The notes under the pieces: model-generated
What the model saw: only the letters and a program-made list of their open reading frames with translations
The model's database searches: none
What the model was told of the DNA's origin: nothing
NCBI GenBank assembly: GCA_963514005.1
Contig: OY740797.1
Span: 19,716,001-19,780,000 of the forward strand
Origin: Raja brachyura
Taxonomy: Eukaryota
Direction of reading: 5' to 3'
DNA: 64,000 nucleotides
In this document: one piece after another, positions 59,385-64,000 of the stretch
Position numbering within the stretch: position 1 is the stretch's first letter
Layout: each line of letters opens with the position of its first letter
Made by a program: the position numbers and the translations under genes

Positions 59385-62300
59385 TTTTTTTTTGAATAAT
59401 TTTTTTATTAGCAATAAACAATTCTCAATGTTTAAAACTGAGTTATAAACATCAACTTAAATCAATATTTGTACTCTAATGATTATTATCTTATTTTTTT
59501 TTAAAAATAAAAGTGGGTAAAGAGAAATACCATTATTAATCAATAAAATTATAATTCCTTAATAATTATTTGGTATAAAAGAAAAAGAAAAAATGAAGAA
59601 AAAGAAAAAAGACATATTATGTATATATATCAATTAAAAGCCACACAATATATTATAAATGAAACAACTACAAATAATAATATCAGTAAAGACATGCATA
59701 TATCCTGGTATACCAATACATTATTTTCATCAAATCCCGCAGGGTGTCAGTCGAGCCGTGATGCCAAGAACAGCTACTTCTCTAAATACTGTATATATGG
59801 AGACCATATCTGTTGAAAAGAATTATACTCGTCCAAAAGGACAAATCTGATTCTTTCCAACTGCAACGTCTCCAACATCTCTGATGCCCACATTTTAATT
59901 GTTGGGGATAATGTTCCCTTCCAAAATTTCAATATTATTTTTTTCCCTAATATCAAACAATAATCAAGGAAATTTCTTTGATCTAGTGTAAATATCAAAT
60001 TAGCCTCTGGAATTCCCAGTATTATTAGCTTTGGGTCAGGTTCTAATTTAACCTTAAGAACTTCAGAAATAACTTTAAAAATTTCTGTCCAATAATAATT
60101 CAATTTAGGACATGTAACAAAACTGTGTGTTAAATTTGCTTCTAAATTCTTACATTTATCACAAATAGAGGAGAGATTAGGAAATATACTATTTAATTTG
60201 GTTTTCGAATAATGTAATCTGTATAATACTTTAAATTGTATTAATATATGTCTAGCATTTAACGAGCACCGGTGTATTCGTTGTAGACTTTCTTCCCAAT
60301 TTTCTTTGGTTATAGGTAATCCAATTTCATTTTCCCATGCTTGACGATATGTTTCAGTTATTGGATTCTCCTTATCCATAATGATGTTATATATATAAGC
60401 TATTAATTTTTCTGTGGTTGGATGCCAGTTAAACGATTCATCTAATAATCCTGGTTCCTTATTTTTAAAATCCTGTGTATTAGATTTAATATAATCTCTA
60501 ATTTGGAAATACCTAAACAAATGCTGTGAAGACAATCCGTAGATATCTTGTAATTCCTGAAATGAAAGAAATTTTCCATTTCTATAGAGGTGCTCTACCC
60601 TTGTAATTCCTAAATTATCCCAATGTCTGAACCCTCCATCCAATGTGGAGGGCTTAAATAATGGGTTATTCATAATTGGTAATCTAAATGAAAGGTTGTC
60701 TAATTGTAAAGTCTTGACTATTTGTTTCCAAATACGTCTATTATTATAAATGATTGGATTGTCCCTATAAATTTTTTTTTGAACTTCCTTTGGGGCAAAA
60801 ATAATTGAATCTACGTTGAAAGGCAAACAATCTTCCTTTTCTATCTTTAGCCACGTTGGTTCCAGGTCCGTATTTACCCACCAAAAATTCATATTCTTAA
60901 TCTGTACTGCCCAGAAGTAGTATAGAAAATTTGGAAGTGCTAATCCTCCGTTTATCTTTGACTTACATAAATGTTTTTTACTTATTCTATGATTTTTATA
61001 ATCCCAGATAAAACTATTAACAATATTATCAATTTTTAAAAAAAAGGTTTTCGGAAGGAAAAAGGGGATAGCTTGAAACAGATATAATAATTGTGGTAGA
61101 AAAACCATCTTTATAGCATTTATTCTACCAATCAAAGATATAGGCAGTGTTTTCCAATATAAAATATTTTTTTTAAGTTTATCTAATAATTGAGGATAAT
61201 TCAATCTAATTAATGAGTTATGAGATTTAGATACATTAATTCCTAAATATTTAATTTTGTCAGTAACTATTGATAATGGATACTGTTGTAATATGTTTAA
61301 ATTTATATTAGTTATTGGCATAATATCACTTTTATTCCAATTAATCCTATATCCAGAAAATGTACTAAATTTATTTATAACATCAAACAACATTGGAATA
61401 CTAATTTCAGGTTTTGTGATGTAAATCAAAACATCATCTGCATATAAGGATATTTTATTAGTTGTTGTGTCAGTATTATAACCGTATATTTCAGGTTCTG
61501 ATCTAATTCTTTCCGCCAAAGGCTCTATCGCCAAGGCAAATAATAAAGGCGATAACGGACATCCTTGTCTACATCCCCTAAAGAGTTTAAATTTAACTGA
61601 TAGTATTTGATTAGTTAGAATTCTTGCAGTAGGATCTGAGTATAGGATTCTTACCCATTTACAAAATTGATCCCCCAATTGAAACTTTTCCATTATATTA
61701 AATAGATATAACCATTCCACCTGGTCAAATGCTTTTTCTGCGTCTAACGATATGACTGCTAATTCCGTATCTCGTATTCTTTTAGAATATATAATATTAA
61801 ACAGGCGTCTTAAATTATGAGATGAATAGCGTTTTGGAATAAAACCTGTTTGATCAAAATGTATTAATTTAGAAATCACCAAACTTAGTCTCCTAGATAA
61901 AACTTTAGCTAGTATTTTTTGGTCTGTATTTAGAAGGGCAATCGCTCTATATGAACCAGGATCTTCCAGATCTTTATCTACCTTAGGTATGAGTGTAATT
62001 GTGGATTCATTTAAAGAGTCTGGTAATTTTCCTTGTTCATATGCATGTCTATACACTGTATGTAGTCTTGGAGAGATCAGATCTTGAAATTTTTAATAAA
62101 ATTCTGCACTCAGGCCGTCAGGCCCCGCAGCTTTTCCATTCTTTAATGAACCAATTGATTCTGCGATATCTTTCACTGATATTTCAGCATTTAACAAATG
62201 TCTCCCTTCCTGATCTAAACTCTTAATTTGACATTCTTGTAGAAATGTTTCCATTCCATCTGTTTGTCCTGTTAATTTTGATGAGTAAAGATTTTGGTAA

Positions 62301-64000
62301 TATTGTAAAAATCTATCATTAATATCTTTTGGTATGGTCAGTATATTTCCTTGCATTGATCTGATTCCATGTATCGTTTTTTCATCGTCTAATTTTCTTA
62401 ATTGTCGTGCTAGCAATTTATGCGGTTTATCTCCAAATTCAAAATGCACTTGTTTGGTTTGTTGAAAAGGTTTGATGACTTGATTAGAGTATATTTTATT
62501 TAGTCTATACTTTGCTATTGCAATTTTATTACTTAACTCCTTAGAAGGGTGTTTTATATTCTCATTGTCTAGTTGTTTTATCTCCATTTCTAACTTCTGT
62601 TCCCTCTTTCGGTTTTCTTTATTAAAATATGCTTGTGCCGATATTATTGCACCACGCATGAATGCCTTAAATGTATCCCAAAGTAACAATGGTGAAATTT
62701 CAGGTGTGTCGTTTGTCTCAAAGAATAATTTAATCTGTTCTGTCACATGATTACAACAATCCTTGTCCTTCAGTATCTGAGGACTAAATCTCCAAGTCAT
62801 AGTTTTATTAGATATATCTTTTAGTTTTATCTTAAATGTTAATGGTGCATGATCTGAAATAATAATATTGTGATATTTTGCATTGTACGTAAAGGGAAGC
62901 AGTTTTGAGTCTATTAAAAAGTAATCTATCCTCGAGTAGGTTCCGAATACGGGCGAGAAAAAAGAATATTCTCGTCCGGATGGGTTCTCTAATCTCCAAA
63001 TATCCTTAACGTTAGTTGAGTTAATGAAAGAATTTATAAGTTTACTTGAATTAGAAATAGCTTTCCTTTTTGTTGAGGATCTGTCTAAGTAGTTATCCAA
63101 AGTGCAGTTTAAATCACCCCCAATTATTAAATTATGTTGAGTGGATATAGGAATATTATTGAATATTTTCTTGAAAAATAATGGGTTATCGAAATTAGGA
63201 GCATATATATTCATAAGAATTACTTTTTTTGAGTATAATTCCCCTGTAATTATTACATATCTGCCCTCTTTATCTTCTATTATAGAACTTTGTTTAAAAG
63301 GTATACCTTTACGAATAATTATTGCAACTCCCCTAGATTTATGTATAAATGAAGAATGATATACCTTTGAAATCCATTTAGCTGTTAATCTATATTGATC
63401 ATCTCTTTTGAGATGCGTCTCTTGGAGGAAAATAACGTCTGATTTCAATCTATTCAGCTGCGCTAACACCTTACCCCTTTTAATTGGTTCATTAATTCCC
63501 TTAACATTCCAACTACAGAAAGTGATTCCATCATCCCCAGTCTTCAAATTCATATCTTGCATTTTAGTGTTAGGGTGGTTTTTTTTGGAGTAGCCCTCTC
63601 GGCCCCTCCAGCTCAACAAGGCACCCAAACGCCAATCCGACGAAAATTACCAATCTCAATAATCCATATCCATGTCTATCTAAAATAGTTATACGGTATT
63701 GTTCATAATTGCATTCATATAATATATAACATAAATTCAAATACTTAATATATTAAAAAAAATGGAAATTATGTGAAAAAAGAAAAAAAGAGTGTTAAAA
63801 GGGTGCCCAAAGAAAAAAAAGACTACACTGATAGATTGTGTAGTGTGTGTTAGTGAACGCCACACTAACGTGGCGATTAATCTAATGACTTCCGTGTTTA
63901 AAAAAGATGTTAAATATTCCAGCTCCCAACTAGAATACTGTGTATATTGGGGTGGGGTACTAACTTTAAGGATTTAGTAATTATTTCTATTATTCATGAA
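59385..64000 (-). mobile_element. L1-clade LINE inserted in ERV pol; runs off the window
   Basis: poly(A)/AATAAA at ~59385-59410, near-complete ORF2, and non-coding spacer at 63563-64000. Confidence 0.96.
59774..63562 (-). pseudogene. L1 ORF2 (APE endonuclease + RT + Cys-rich C-terminus) with a single frameshift at ~62095
   Basis: SWNVKG, LQETH, NIYAP, GGDLN, SRIDYF and SDH in 62093..63628; DAEKAFD, QGCPLSP, YADD and CDKC..H...C in 59774..62056. Confidence 0.93.

Overview
This is a repeat-rich vertebrate window, most likely a cartilaginous fish (skate, ray or shark), inferred from an HE1-like V-SINE and abundant CR1 and Penelope repeats. The host content is two tandem, minus-strand, intron-containing paralogous IgSF receptor genes. 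Each has a leader, a single-exon germline-joined VJ-type V domain, a C1-set domain, a TM exon and a short tail. Gene A (10593->~4354) has an uncharged TM and a +1 slip in a G8 run of its C1 exon. Gene B (35102->28714) is an intact 287-aa model with an Arg in the outer TM and a tyrosine-free tail. Their V and C1 exons are ~91-93% identical, whereas leader, introns and TM exons are far more diverged, which is a paired-receptor / gene-conversion pattern. Two ribozyme-like motifs sit inside short TSD-flanked retroposons. One is a ~150-bp family whose 5' end folds into a compact HDV/CPEB3-like ribozyme starting at the insertion boundary (41083-41228, 28591-28696, and a truncated copy at 9094-9155). 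The other is a set of Penelope-type minimal hammerhead cores. Other mobile DNA includes three L1 elements, a Rex1/Babar LINE nested in one L1, many CR1 pieces, Penelope RT/GIY-YIG remnants, two Helitron-like non-autonomous elements and nested MITEs. There is also the 3' half of an ERV3/HERV-I-like endogenous retrovirus (integrase C-terminus, decayed env, PPT, 590-bp LTR). All gene models and identities were read and counted by hand; no database search was run.
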